From a virus (taxonomy: Duplodnaviria; Caudoviricetes), in the IMG/VR virus record IMGVR_UViG_3300037458_001303, positions 1 to 64,000 of that record: a stretch of 64,000 nt of DNA. The stretch is one strand, 5' to 3'. Both the position numbers and the translations under genes were made by a program. Within the stretch, counting starts at the first letter, position 1, and each line of letters opens with the position of its first letter. Under the pieces are notes generated by a model, which worked only from the letters and a program-made list of their open reading frames with translations, was not told where the DNA came from and did no database searches. This document shows positions 1 through 9,624 of the stretch, piece after piece.

Positions 1-1161
1 GGAGTAGCATACGACCGCGAGTCCGTATTGGGTGGTCCCGTCAGCTCCTACCGTCAAAGCCGCGCGGCCCTGAATGTCGCGCACGTTACCCGATCTTGAC
101 TGCGTGGTAGCAGCGAACAGCCCACTTGCAACCTTAACGCCGCCGGCGACGGTAGCGTTAGTTGAGTATTCGGCGATAGAGGCAGCGTCGACAGAGGTCC
201 AACTGCCTCCGCTAAAAGTTGGCGCGTAAAAGGCGTCCCAATACCCGTCGGCGGACCCGATCGCCTCGATCGAAATAACCTGCATCTGCCCACGGTTGAG
301 GATGGAGTTGAACGTAGCCTTGGGACGGATGGCCAAGACCATCACGCCAGCGGTGCTTATGGAGGTTCCAGTTCCCGTAAGTGAGACTCCGCGGTTGAAG
401 GCGACGTCCGTGGCGAATCCACCCTCGCTGACGATGGTGGAGCAGATCTGCCGCAACCACGTTGCACCGCTAGTAACGCCGGTCGTTACGATCTCGTAAG
501 CCGATGGCGCGTTCGCCGTGGTCATGTAGACCGTCGAGATGTTATTCGCATGCAGAAACTCGTGGACGTAAAAGATCTTGCCGTCGACCACAAAGCCGAA
601 TCGGACCCGCCCTACGCCCAAGTATTCGAGATCTATGATGAGGATCTGAGCTTTCGTCCAGTCGAGAGTGACTGTTGAAGGGCCGGTTCCGTCCATCGGG
701 TCGATGTTCCACGAGGCCTGCGCTACTGCGGTATCAACAGCAGTCCCAGAGACGTAGGACCGAACAACGACAGAGACTGTGCTTCCACTTCGCTGCAAAA
801 AGACGCCGTTTCGAGCGTCGAACATCCCGACCCGCATGATTGTATTCGTAGCCTCGGGACCCATGACGAAAGTCCCGAGGAATAGTTGGGACTTTCCTGG
901 TTGGTAGCGGGCATACTCACGAGAAGCCCGGAATACACGGTCGCCCGACGCAGTTGTTACATCCATCCGAACACTCGACTCGTTAGGCAGATGGGTTGCG
1001 GAAGCTGCGCCAGCAACGATCTCGTCCCAAACAGTCGGAAGTTTGTCGTATTGGAACTGCGAGTTGATAAGCTCGACAGGGTCCGAGATACGGAGCCGTC
1101 CGAACGCGTCGAGGTTGGGCGAGTCGCCAAAAGATAGCTGTTTTGCGGAGAGGAAGCTCAT
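1..1161 (-). CDS. Virion structural protein, running off the window edge (absent from the ORF track because no stop is reached)
   Basis: ATG at 1161, just past the stop of 1164..2609. The frame is open to base 1. Translates MSFLSAKQLSFGDSPNLDAFGRLRISDP...RYQPGKSQL; the DAFGRLRxS and RYQPGKS motifs match a widespread phage virion protein family. Confidence 0.8.
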   Translation of the reverse strand, partial: MSFLSAKQLSFGDSPNLDAFGRLRISDPVELINSQFQYDKLPTVWDEIVAGAASATHLPNESSVRMDVTTASGDRVFRASREYARYQPGKSQLFLGTFVMGPEATNTIMRVGMFDARNGVFLQRSGSTVSVVVRSYVSGTAVDTAVAQASWNIDPMDGTGPSTVTLDWTKAQILIIDLEYLGVGRVRFGFVVDGKIFYVHEFLHANNISTVYMTTANAPSAYEIVTTGVTSGATWLRQICSTIVSEGGFATDVAFNRGVSLTGTGTSISTAGVMVLAIRPKATFNSILNRGQMQVISIEAIGSADGYWDAFYAPTFSGGSWTSVDAASIAEYSTNATVAGGVKVASGLFAATTQSRSGNVRDIQGRAALTVGADGTTQYGLAVVCYS

Positions 1162-1163
1162 AA

Positions 1164-2609
1164 TCAGATGATGTGCCAGGATACCCCGTCTGATACCACA
1201 GACAGGCTATCGTATTGAACGGTGATCGGCTGGGTCCCGGAACCGTCGATCGTATCCGCGCCAGCTGCGGTGATCGTCACGGCGTTGGCCGTAGCATCGA
1301 CTTTCTTGACGATGAAAACGATACCATTCGAGCTGACGGCTGCTGGGAGGTTTACCGCAATCGGGCCCGCGGCTGCGTTGACGAGAGTTACCCCCTGGTT
1401 GGTCAACGCTACCGGGCCGACGGCATAACCAAAAACCGTCAGAAACGACGGGGACGTCGCGGCGGAAGGCGTGAGCTTAACGCCGGCGGTAACAACGGCC
1501 GCCGGAGCGGCAGCCCCCAAAGACCCCAGGTTCCTAAGGGTCATCTGGGTCCCGCTGGCGATCGAGACGATGTAATAGACGCCACCAGAAGCTACCGTCA
1601 CGTAAGTATCCGCGGAGAAAATCGTGGTATCCGCGACGGAGACTGCCACTGTTGCGCCAACCGCGGGCTGGACGTAGTTGGCAGTCAAGTAGGTGTAGGC
1701 TCCCCGCCCGCGCGCGCCCCCGACAATCGCCAGCTCCGACCCCGAAGCGTTCACCAAAGCTCCAGCGGCAGCGTTGGCCGGCTCGTCGTAAAGGTTCTTC
1801 AGGACAACTCCGCCACCAACCGAGACGACTTCATAGTAGCCGCCGGTCTGCAGGAAGACGGTCTGCCCAACGGCGATCAGATCCTCGACCGAGAACACCA
1901 GAGCGGCCGTGTTGGAACCGGGAGCTGGCTGGTTGAACGTGGTCAGGCATGTGGTCGTGGCGCTGGGGCCGGCCGAGCCTTGGGGACCCGTAGGGCCGGG
2001 ATCGCCCTGAGGACCAGCAGGACCCTGGAGCCCCTGAGACCCGTTCGAGCCCGCGGGGCCCGTAATGTAGATCCTGGCGCCGGCGAAAATCGGAGTGTTG
2101 AGTGCGACTGAGCTGGAGATCAGCTGAACGAACAAAGTGCTTCCAGAAACCCCGAGCACCTCGTAATAGCCGGATCCGGTCACCCAGATCTTGGCCCCGG
2201 CGGAGAACGGCGCCGGATCGGACACCTGAAACGTGGTCGCCGGGCAGGTCGAGTCCGGCTGCAAGAAGTCCGAGGTCAACGTGACGTAGGCGTTCGCGCC
2301 CGGGGTGCCGGCGGGGCCCTGCGGTCCGGTCGGACCGGTCAGGCCGGTAATGCCCTCACCGAAGAGCCGGAGAAAATAGCAAGCGAGCCCCTCGCCGTCG
2401 AGGCGAGGGTTATTCTCCAGACCGACAGCAAGGTCACATGGGAGCGCCCACACGACGGCGCCATCGACGACGGACTTGGTCACGACGCCGAAAAATTCTT
2501 TGGTGAAATTCTCCAGTGCGCTGGGCAGACACTCGCACGCGGCGTCAGGCGGCGTGCAGGTGGGGCACGGGTTGCACTCGGTGATATTCTGGGTGCAGGT
2601 GCAGGCCAT
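1164..2609 (-). CDS. Collagen-repeat tail fibre protein with a Cys-rich N-terminus
   Basis: Two G-X-Y runs (GLTGPTGPQGPAGTPGANA; GSNGSQGLQGPAGPQGDPGPTGPQGSAGP), three repeated beta modules of the GxYxV type, and a C-terminal VNLPAA...IVKKVDATANAVTI...DG module typical of fibre tips. Confidence 0.8.
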   Translation of the reverse strand: MACTCTQNITECNPCPTCTPPDAACECLPSALENFTKEFFGVVTKSVVDGAVVWALPCDLAVGLENNPRLDGEGLACYFLRLFGEGITGLTGPTGPQGPAGTPGANAYVTLTSDFLQPDSTCPATTFQVSDPAPFSAGAKIWVTGSGYYEVLGVSGSTLFVQLISSSVALNTPIFAGARIYITGPAGSNGSQGLQGPAGPQGDPGPTGPQGSAGPSATTTCLTTFNQPAPGSNTAALVFSVEDLIAVGQTVFLQTGGYYEVVSVGGGVVLKNLYDEPANAAAGALVNASGSELAIVGGARGRGAYTYLTANYVQPAVGATVAVSVADTTIFSADTYVTVASGGVYYIVSIASGTQMTLRNLGSLGAAAPAAVVTAGVKLTPSAATSPSFLTVFGYAVGPVALTNQGVTLVNAAAGPIAVNLPAAVSSNGIVFIVKKVDATANAVTITAAGADTIDGSGTQPITVQYDSLSVVSDGVSWHII

Positions 2610-2610
2610 A

Positions 2611-3348
2611 TTATTTCTTGGTCAAATGTTTCACGAGGTCCTGGGCGTCGCCGTCCTGGGCCCGCTCATGCTGTTCCCGAAACAGGCGGGTGATCTCGTC
2701 GGCCGTCCAGTTGGCTTTCTTCACGATCTCGTCCTTAAACTTCTCTCCGCCGCGCAAGACTTGCCCGAGGGCTTTGCCGGCGAGCCGGGCAGGAATCTGG
2801 GCTACTGACAGCCCCAGGCCGACCGCCGGATTGGCCGCCGCGCCGAGGGTTCCAACGACTTTCAAGACCACGTAGCCGGCCAACCCCAGAAACAAGATCA
2901 CGGCCAGAAACGAGAAATACCCAATCTGGACCAGCCCAGTCCCTTCGATCTTCTTCCCCGCGTTCTTGTCATTACTATCGGCGAAAGTGCGAACGTCGTC
3001 AACATACCTCGCCGTTTCGTAGTCGAGCTGTCCCGTCAGCTCTTGGGCCGGTTTCTTAAAAGGTCTTAGCGGAGGGCCGAGGCTGGTGCTTAATGCGTCT
3101 GCCAGTGACGCGGCCTCGCTGACGGGCCGAACATCGTCAGGGGAGCGTCCCTCCGCCAAGAATTTGTTCTCGATGCCTGCGAGATGTTGGTTGAGCATCC
3201 TCGCGGCCTGTCTGCGTGTCTCTTGGAATCGATACTCAGGGCGGGGAAACTCCTGGACCTTATCCTGGAAGAACTCAACTTGCTTTGGGACGAGAGTCGA
3301 GCAACCGACTCCTGCAGCCAGAGCTAGGATTAGCGTCCATCGGATCAC
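2611..3348 (-). CDS. Lipoprotein with an internal transmembrane helix; candidate unimolecular spanin
   Basis: Signal peptide MIRWTLILALAAGVG-C (lipobox-like) plus a hydrophobic segment YFSFLAVILFLGLAGYVVLKVV; lies in the late operon. Confidence 0.45.
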   Translation of the reverse strand: MIRWTLILALAAGVGCSTLVPKQVEFFQDKVQEFPRPEYRFQETRRQAARMLNQHLAGIENKFLAEGRSPDDVRPVSEAASLADALSTSLGPPLRPFKKPAQELTGQLDYETARYVDDVRTFADSNDKNAGKKIEGTGLVQIGYFSFLAVILFLGLAGYVVLKVVGTLGAAANPAVGLGLSVAQIPARLAGKALGQVLRGGEKFKDEIVKKANWTADEITRLFREQHERAQDGDAQDLVKHLTKK

Positions 3349-4244
3349 AAGTATTGCCCACCGGTTGCAGTAGCTCCTGCAGTGTTACCTGGAAAATAGT
3401 TAGCCCCTCCACCAAAAGTGTTGATGACTGAGTTGCCGATCGCGTTATACCGCCGACCCGTTACGGTTCCGGTGAAAGTCACCCCAACGGTGTTGAAAAA
3501 GCCCAGGGTATTCGTCAAGACGGTGTCCGTAACGGTAAGCACACCACACGCTACGGTGATCGAGGCTACGTTGATCTCACCTTTTGTATCGACACTAAAG
3601 AAATACCCAATCGTTCGACCTCCGATGTCGGCTTGTGTGCCGAGCAGATTAACGCGGCCCCCGGAGGATGCGTAAACGTTGACTCCGGTTGCCACGTTGG
3701 TCCCATAGACAATGTTGGAAGCCTCGACGCTATTGTTGGCAGTCGCGCGGAGCAGATTAGTCCCGGCGGTCGCACCGGTATACTCTAAGCGGAACCCGTT
3801 GACATTCCAACGGCCTTGACAATCGAGAGTCCGGTTGGTCGTTCCGGTATGACGAAGGATGACACTTCCTGGAGAAGAAGCGTTTCCGAGTAAAGTATAC
3901 CGTCCGATACCGCTAAACCCAGCCGGGAGGACAACCGGGTCGGCAGACGAGTAGGTCCCGTTGGCCACGTTGACGGTCACCGTGTAACTTAGCGATGAGC
4001 TGACGTATCCAGGGATGTAGCTGGCTGCAGCGGAAACGCCGGCTTGGATGGTTAGCTTGGGCGAAGCCAGAGTCAACCCGTCGTTCGCGTCGTTTCCAGT
4101 TGGATCGACGTAGATGTTCAGGTTGGCCTCCAGCGGCATCGAGGAAAAGAAATTGGTGTTCGCCTTCTGGAAAGCGGCTCGGATCGTGTCGCCGGTGCCA
4201 TCGTTAGCAACCGTCCCGACGTTGATTACTTGTCGTGCAGGCAT
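3345..4244 (-). CDS. Tail fibre or spike-like virion protein
   Basis: N-terminal INVGTVANDGTGDTIRAAFQKANTNF resembles the T4 gp9/gp10-type attachment motif. It is followed by YVDPTGNDANDGLT...KLTIQAGV, which typically starts beta-helix domains. Confidence 0.7.
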   Translation of the reverse strand: MPARQVINVGTVANDGTGDTIRAAFQKANTNFFSSMPLEANLNIYVDPTGNDANDGLTLASPKLTIQAGVSAAASYIPGYVSSSLSYTVTVNVANGTYSSADPVVLPAGFSGIGRYTLLGNASSPGSVILRHTGTTNRTLDCQGRWNVNGFRLEYTGATAGTNLLRATANNSVEASNIVYGTNVATGVNVYASSGGRVNLLGTQADIGGRTIGYFFSVDTKGEINVASITVACGVLTVTDTVLTNTLGFFNTVGVTFTGTVTGRRYNAIGNSVINTFGGGANYFPGNTAGATATGGQYL

Positions 4245-4247
4245 AGA

Positions 4248-5108
4248 TTATGGGTAGAATTGAGGGTATTTGGCCGAGACCCAGAAATCGCGGACCAGCA
4301 ACTTGGTCGTCGCGTGATTCCAGGCCATGTTGAAATAGTTGAAAGCTCCGTATGTCGCCTCATCGACGGCCAGGGCCCCCTGACAGTATAAGGCGTTGGT
4401 TGTTGCGAAGGCTAGCGACGGAAGGATGGAGTAATTTCCCCTGGCGTCGAACGGCGTGCTCGTAAGATCCGAAGAGTAATCCACCGAGGCCTTCCGGGAT
4501 TCGTCCCTGCTTATGCAGGTGTTAAAGTAAAACTGCGTCACCCATCGGACGTAGAGCGTATTAGCCGCTGATCTGCGAAAACTGAAAACGCATCGCGACC
4601 ATGTCTTGGATCCGTAAGCCCGGTTGTCTGGATTAGCTACCGGCCAAACCGATTGACAGTTGGGGATGCCCCAAACAGTGTTAGACCCGATGTTAGTCGA
4701 CACGTTCGCGTTCCAGAGACCGATTCGCTCCGTGTTGAAGGTATAGCCGTAGTTAGTTGCGGGGGTGACTCCGGCAAACGTCGCCTGGGCCAGCGTCCTT
4801 GCCTTGGTTCCACTTCCATTGCCGATGCAGTATTCGCCGGCTTGCCCGTATTTCCGAGTCGTTCCAGAGCAAAGACCAAAAAACCACTCTGCACTGGTCA
4901 AGTTTCCCGTTAGAGCGGGTTCTGAGACCGCGATCGAGAAGCCGACGCTAAGCGTATCTTCCCAGGCCGGAAGCTGCCGGATCACACTGGTCAGTCCACC
5001 CGCAGAAAACTCGATCGCGTCGACCGCGGTGTCGGTAGAAACACGACCGCTGCGGTATGAAATTTCACACCGAGACTCGTGAGCGGCTTTTCTAAAGGTG
5101 ATTGCCAT
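4248..5108 (-). CDS. Hypothetical virion-associated beta-rich protein
   Basis: 286-aa ORF tightly packed in the late operon; aromatic-, Gly- and Thr-rich. Confidence 0.55.
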   Translation of the reverse strand: MAITFRKAAHESRCEISYRSGRVSTDTAVDAIEFSAGGLTSVIRQLPAWEDTLSVGFSIAVSEPALTGNLTSAEWFFGLCSGTTRKYGQAGEYCIGNGSGTKARTLAQATFAGVTPATNYGYTFNTERIGLWNANVSTNIGSNTVWGIPNCQSVWPVANPDNRAYGSKTWSRCVFSFRRSAANTLYVRWVTQFYFNTCISRDESRKASVDYSSDLTSTPFDARGNYSILPSLAFATTNALYCQGALAVDEATYGAFNYFNMAWNHATTKLLVRDFWVSAKYPQFYP

Positions 5109-5878
5109 TAGACGATCTTGGTAAGGATGGTGTCAAGGTAGAACGGCGATTGATTCTGCCACCACCCGATGTCCACAGAGTCGAGGGTCCCATACGTGGC
5201 CTGCTCGTCCGTTACCGAGAGCCCGGCGGCAGCTTCGGTCGTGTTGACCCAACCGTAACGAGAATTCGCCCGAGTTGCGATCGTCGCCCAGGTGGTCGAA
5301 GTGTTCAGAATGTCGATCATCTCGTAAACACTAACCGACCTCGTAATAGGGCATGTCAGAATGTCAGAGACGTAAAGGTTCCCACCGGAAGTCCTAAACC
5401 TCTGGATCCAGCACTGCTCTGAGTTCAGTAAAAATCCGAGCGATACCGCGGTCGCGGAAGTGACCGTTCCGTTTTTAACGCTTCTCGGGATAAAACCGCT
5501 AGTCAGGTAGTCTCCGGACGTATAAGGACTCGGTCGCAAAAGGTTAAACGTCCCAGAGGCCGAGCTCCTCCGCCCGATCCAATACGTCTGAGTCCCGTAG
5601 ACATCACGCGCGGGCAACGATCCCGTCAGTCCGTTGGACAGACCGAAAGAGAACAACAGGTTGGCTCCGTAGCCGATTCCGCCTGATGGGATAGCCCCGT
5701 CCCACAGGAACTCGTTCTGAACGTAAAAGTGAATCCCGATCCATACCTCTCCCCAACCGGATAGGTTGCCAGGAGCGATCTTCCGGGTATACCGACCATT
5801 CTTCAGCCGAAGGGCCTTTGTGGTGGTCCCAGGGATGTAGGCGATCTGATTCTGATGTCCTAGGCCGATTCTGCTCAT
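5108..5878 (-). CDS. Hypothetical virion-associated protein, possibly a distant paralog of 4248..5108
   Basis: Start refined to the ATG at 5878, which overlaps the upstream stop (ATGA). Both proteins carry FSFGLS/FFGLC-like segments and similar composition. Confidence 0.55.
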   Translation of the reverse strand: MSRIGLGHQNQIAYIPGTTTKALRLKNGRYTRKIAPGNLSGWGEVWIGIHFYVQNEFLWDGAIPSGGIGYGANLLFSFGLSNGLTGSLPARDVYGTQTYWIGRRSSASGTFNLLRPSPYTSGDYLTSGFIPRSVKNGTVTSATAVSLGFLLNSEQCWIQRFRTSGGNLYVSDILTCPITRSVSVYEMIDILNTSTTWATIATRANSRYGWVNTTEAAAGLSVTDEQATYGTLDSVDIGWWQNQSPFYLDTILTKIV

Positions 5879-6252
5879 TGGCTCCACCCTCCGGACCAAC
5901 CTTCACCACCACTGGCCCCGATCAAATCCTGACCGTCCGTGTAGGACGACAGGTCGTCAATAGCTACTATCTGGCGACCGGAAGTCTCCCCGACGAATGC
6001 AGCGGTATCCCAGCCTCCGCCGCGTGTTATCTCGCCATCGTTGATGTAGGTGCCTGTGGAAGAGATGAAGTAGTTCTCGAAGCTTTCAAATACTCCACTC
6101 CAATACGGCATCACGTCGCCGCCGTCGATTCCGCAGTCTGCCCGGACCGTATCCGCATCAACAGTCTCGCAGATGTTATCCGCCAGACAATAAAACACGC
6201 AAGGCGCCCGTCTATTCGGGCGGAGCTTCCGCATGAGGATCGGATTAGGCAT
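5875..6252 (-). CDS. Hypothetical protein
   Basis: 125-aa ORF translationally coupled to its neighbours; ends in a GGEGWSGGW motif. Confidence 0.55.
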   Translation of the reverse strand: MPNPILMRKLRPNRRAPCVFYCLADNICETVDADTVRADCGIDGGDVMPYWSGVFESFENYFISSTGTYINDGEITRGGGWDTAAFVGETSGRQIVAIDDLSSYTDGQDLIGASGGEGWSGGWSQ

Positions 6253-6569
6253 CAGTCCTTCTCCACCTTATCCCGGATCTGGCGCAGCACGATGTCAAAA
6301 AGAGGACACTCTTCCGGGCATCGACGATACGGACACTCGTCCGGAACCTTTGCGTGCTCCTCGACTTTGCGGCGAACTTTCCGGACCTCGGAAGCACGCC
6401 GCCACTGCCAGACGGTCCAGGCAATAGTCAACAACAACATTCCGATCTTGAGAACCTCTTCAACCTGGAGGAACGTTACGCCTAGTATCGTCCCCAAGTT
6501 TACGGCAGGCACCAGGGTCCAGTCCTTGAGTCTGTCGAGAAAAGGCCACATCGTAGTTTTCGTTTTCAT
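6252..6569 (-). CDS. Putative holin
   Basis: Small protein with two hydrophobic segments (LVPAVNLGTILGVTFL; VLKIGMLLLTIAWTVWQW) followed by a basic tail (RRASEVRKVRRK). Confidence 0.5.
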   Translation of the reverse strand: MKTKTTMWPFLDRLKDWTLVPAVNLGTILGVTFLQVEEVLKIGMLLLTIAWTVWQWRRASEVRKVRRKVEEHAKVPDECPYRRCPEECPLFDIVLRQIRDKVEKD

Positions 6570-6601
6570 GGCCGTCGCCGCCCGTGCAGCACGGCTACTA
6601 G

Positions 6602-7276
6602 TTAGTCTTGCAAGAACCCGAAGGTGAAGCGAAGGCTAGAGGTAGTCGTAAAAGTTGGCGTGCTTTGAGTTACCGCTACAACCCAAACAGTCCCCGCTAT
6701 GCCTCCCGAAGAAAGCAGCGGGACTTTCAGCACCAAACCAACGTTCCCGAGAGTAGCCACGGCTCCGGTCGCGAGCTCTTTATAGTCCGTCGACACGATA
6801 GAAGCAGCGCCGAGGAAATAGTCGAGATCCGGAGCAGTGATGGAATACTGAGCATCATCGACGGGCAACGTCGCGAGCGTTCTGCTGAAAAACAGAAAAT
6901 CAATGTCCGGGGTCTGTTGGTCGGCGTCGTAAACCGTAATCGACTGTAGCAGACCAGTGCATACCCCTGCACGCAAAGCTTTGGAAAGAACGCCTTGGCT
7001 TCCCAGCGCGTCACCTGCCGAGTAGCTCTCAGCAGAGATGGCGGGAGTATAGTTAATCACGGACGTGAATCCGCCGACACGCGAAGCTGCCGTAGAAACC
7101 GAGGAGAGAACAGCAGGATCCGACGGGTCCAAGCCGGCAGCCGTAGCGGCGGCAACTGCATTAGCGTAGTCCGCAGGACTGCCGATGCCGTAGGCGGTGT
7201 TATTCAGGGTCCACAGGATCTTCCGAAGGTAATCGACATCGGTGTCCCGGGTTTTTGGGATATTGATAGTTGCCAT
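6602..7276 (-). CDS. Putative head decoration or virion protein
   Basis: Directly downstream of the capsid gene; has a beta-rich C-terminal domain. Confidence 0.5.
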   Translation of the reverse strand: MATINIPKTRDTDVDYLRKILWTLNNTAYGIGSPADYANAVAAATAAGLDPSDPAVLSSVSTAASRVGGFTSVINYTPAISAESYSAGDALGSQGVLSKALRAGVCTGLLQSITVYDADQQTPDIDFLFFSRTLATLPVDDAQYSITAPDLDYFLGAASIVSTDYKELATGAVATLGNVGLVLKVPLLSSGGIAGTVWVVAVTQSTPTFTTTSSLRFTFGFLQD

Positions 7277-7289
7277 ATTCGCAGAAAGG

Positions 7290-7324
7290 AAAAAGGGCCG
7301 ACCGGCTTAGGACCGGCCGGCCCT
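7290..7324 (-). terminator. Rho-independent terminator after the major capsid gene
   Basis: On the minus strand GGGCCGGCCGG-TCCTAAG-CCGGTCGGCCC is followed by TTTTT. Confidence 0.75.
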
Positions 7325-7357
7325 CGGTTGGTTACGATGAACCGTCAGTTAGTCTGC

Positions 7358-8611
7358 TCAGACCACGGATTCAATGGTCGGGCAGCTGGTCTGCGTGCAG
7401 TCCTCAAGGCCGAGGTCCGCTTGGCAACGCTTGTAGAGGATCGGGATGATCCAGTGAGGCCGAACCGGCTGATAGGCGCGGGTGATCTCGTAGATGTGCC
7501 ACCCGTAGTCGCCGAACACGTTACAGTCGTTGTCGACCTGATAGTGCCAGCGCAACTCGCCCATGTGCAGGTGCGGGTTGAACTTGAACGAGCCCTCGCC
7601 CACATACCGCTCAGGAACGAGCCGGCGGAAGGAACCAGGAGCCACCAGGAAACCGACTTCGTATTCGGCTTCCAGCCACGCCTGATTAGCCACCGAGTAG
7701 GCGGTGTTCTTGGCGGGATTCGCCACGACGGTCCGGGGGTTGATCAGATTCAAGGTGCCGTCACCGTTGAACCCGGAAGCCCGCAGCGGAGTCTGGTCAG
7801 TCGCGAACGCGATGCCGCGATAGGCCGGGCTCATCTCGAACGAGTAACCCATCAGGGTTTCCTCGCCGAACTGATACCGACCCGAAGCGAGATACCACGC
7901 GTCAGCGCGGACGCCGACTTCGGCGCGGAACGCCTCGACCTGATCCGGGCCACCGATGAACCGGAAGTGCTGCTGGCCTTTGCCGTCAGCCGGCCACATG
8001 TCGGCGAACATGGCTTCCTTGAGGTAGCGCGCCAGGGTATGGAGCGCCTTGAAGCTCATGGGGGCCGTCGGCAACACCGGCGCGAAGAGCGTAGTGTTGA
8101 CGTCGGTATGCTCGCCACCAGTGAACAGGTCCTGGAAGCAGTAGCCGCTAGCGGCGACGAACTTCGAACCCGACCGCAGGTAAAGCTGGGCCCGGATGTC
8201 GGCGTTGATGTATTGCGTGATCAGCTTGACGAGGCTGTCCTCAGCCATCGTGTAGCTACCCTTGAAGGCGGAATAGCCTTTGTTCACGCACACGCGGGGA
8301 CCATAGCCACGCTTGGTCTCCAGGTAGTAAGTGAACTCGATGGTGTCGGTCAGGTCCTGGTCACCCGTGGTGCCGCAAGCCTCCTGATGGGAGACGAAGG
8401 TCGGGATGGCCAGAGAATCGCCGGGAGCCGCCGGCATCTGAACAACGCTGCGTTGGACGTCAGACGTCGCACTATCGAAGACGCCACCGTCGATCAGGTT
8501 GATGAAGACCGAGTTCGCCGTGAGTGATTCAGCGATCCGGCCCACAATCCGATTGGTGTCCTTCGAGGCAATGTCAGACAGTGTATAGGGGCTGTCAATG
8601 CAGTCGCCCAT
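7358..8611 (-). CDS. Major capsid protein
   Basis: 417 aa, downstream of portal and scaffold, with its own promoter, an AAAGGAAG ribosome-binding site and a terminator after it. Confidence 0.8.
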   Translation of the reverse strand: MGDCIDSPYTLSDIASKDTNRIVGRIAESLTANSVFINLIDGGVFDSATSDVQRSVVQMPAAPGDSLAIPTFVSHQEACGTTGDQDLTDTIEFTYYLETKRGYGPRVCVNKGYSAFKGSYTMAEDSLVKLITQYINADIRAQLYLRSGSKFVAASGYCFQDLFTGGEHTDVNTTLFAPVLPTAPMSFKALHTLARYLKEAMFADMWPADGKGQQHFRFIGGPDQVEAFRAEVGVRADAWYLASGRYQFGEETLMGYSFEMSPAYRGIAFATDQTPLRASGFNGDGTLNLINPRTVVANPAKNTAYSVANQAWLEAEYEVGFLVAPGSFRRLVPERYVGEGSFKFNPHLHMGELRWHYQVDNDCNVFGDYGWHIYEITRAYQPVRPHWIIPILYKRCQADLGLEDCTQTSCPTIESVV

Positions 8612-8755
8612 AATCTGAACTTCCTTTCTGGAAGGGGGTTGATCTAACTAAGGCGGAGCCGCACACGCGGATCCTATTACTGACTCACCCAGGCCAGCGG
8701 GTTTAGGCCGATGGACGCCGGGACAAGCGTCCGGGGATTAGTCCCTGCTACAGTA

Positions 8756-8784
8756 AATATCGTCACCAGGGGCAGCTCTGTCAA
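8756..8784 (-). promoter_or_regulatory. Late promoter for the capsid gene
   Basis: TTGACA-N17-GATATT on the minus strand; one of five matching sites. Confidence 0.7.
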
Positions 8785-8832
8785 CTATTTCAGAGCGATT
8801 GTTTTAGTGGACCACTAAAACCTGGGCTTTCC

Positions 8833-9624
8833 CTAAATCAAACGGCGCGTGCCGCCTGGAGCAAAGATCGAGTAGCCCAGTTTACCGGGAGCTGCCCCCT
8901 TGGCTACTTTAGGGAGAAGTGCCTCGCGCGCCCAGGCGCGGGCGCTGCCGTCCTTGCACCCGTGAAGCATTACCACACCTTCAGAGCGCAGCTGATCGAA
9001 CACCTCGCGCGGGCAGGTCTTCATCTGCCAGTAGGACAGGATCTCCTTGATCGGGCTCCAGCCTCGGCGCTTGAGCCTCGGTGCGATGTAATAGTCCCAG
9101 CCGGAATTCGGGGCCGCCCCGCCGATCTTACGGATCATCTCCAGGTCGTTTAAGTCAGCGGATAGCAGCATGTTACCATTGATGTGCTCCGCCGGGGCCG
9201 TCTGCAGCGACCCCGCGCAGATTGACCCGGCCGGCTGTCTAGCGTCCCAGGCTTTGTGCAACCGCTCGATCCAATCGGGCTGCATGGGAACACAATCCGA
9301 CTCAAAAGTCAGGATGGCTTTGTAAGCCGGCCACTTTTTCAAGAGGATATTCTGCCGGCAGAATTCCACAGTATCGAACCACAGCTCGTTGCAGCCATGC
9401 GGCCATCCGGTTCCGGTCCGCTTAGCGACGAAGGGCACCGTGTTGAAGGACCGTGCAACATAGGCTATGGTCTCGGCATCATGTTTTACGTCGAACCGTC
9501 CGGCTAACATAAGATCGGCATGGTCCGAGTGTCGAGGTTCGAGATCCGCCAGGAGCCTAGCGAGACGCATGGCGTCCTTTTGGTCCCCGGGATAGAACTG
9601 CAGAGCGAGCAGGATCTTAGACAT
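8833..9624 (-). CDS. Glycosyltransferase-like protein (GT-A-like)
   Basis: Start refined to MSKILLAL at 9624. Motifs GWPHGCN, ILTFESDCVP (DxD-like), HINGN, GWDY and a C-terminal LHGCK. Confidence 0.55.
   Translation of the reverse strand: MSKILLALQFYPGDQKDAMRLARLLADLEPRHSDHADLMLAGRFDVKHDAETIAYVARSFNTVPFVAKRTGTGWPHGCNELWFDTVEFCRQNILLKKWPAYKAILTFESDCVPMQPDWIERLHKAWDARQPAGSICAGSLQTAPAEHINGNMLLSADLNDLEMIRKIGGAAPNSGWDYYIAPRLKRRGWSPIKEILSYWQMKTCPREVFDQLRSEGVVMLHGCKDGSARAWAREALLPKVAKGAAPGKLGYSIFAPGGTRRLI

Noticed and set aside
6995-8527. 510-aa plus-strand ORF, and similar long antisense ORFs (16543..17949, 42849..43997, 57829..59136)
   Set aside because: Shadow frames opposite well-supported genes, expected at this GC content; no motifs or ribosome-binding sites.
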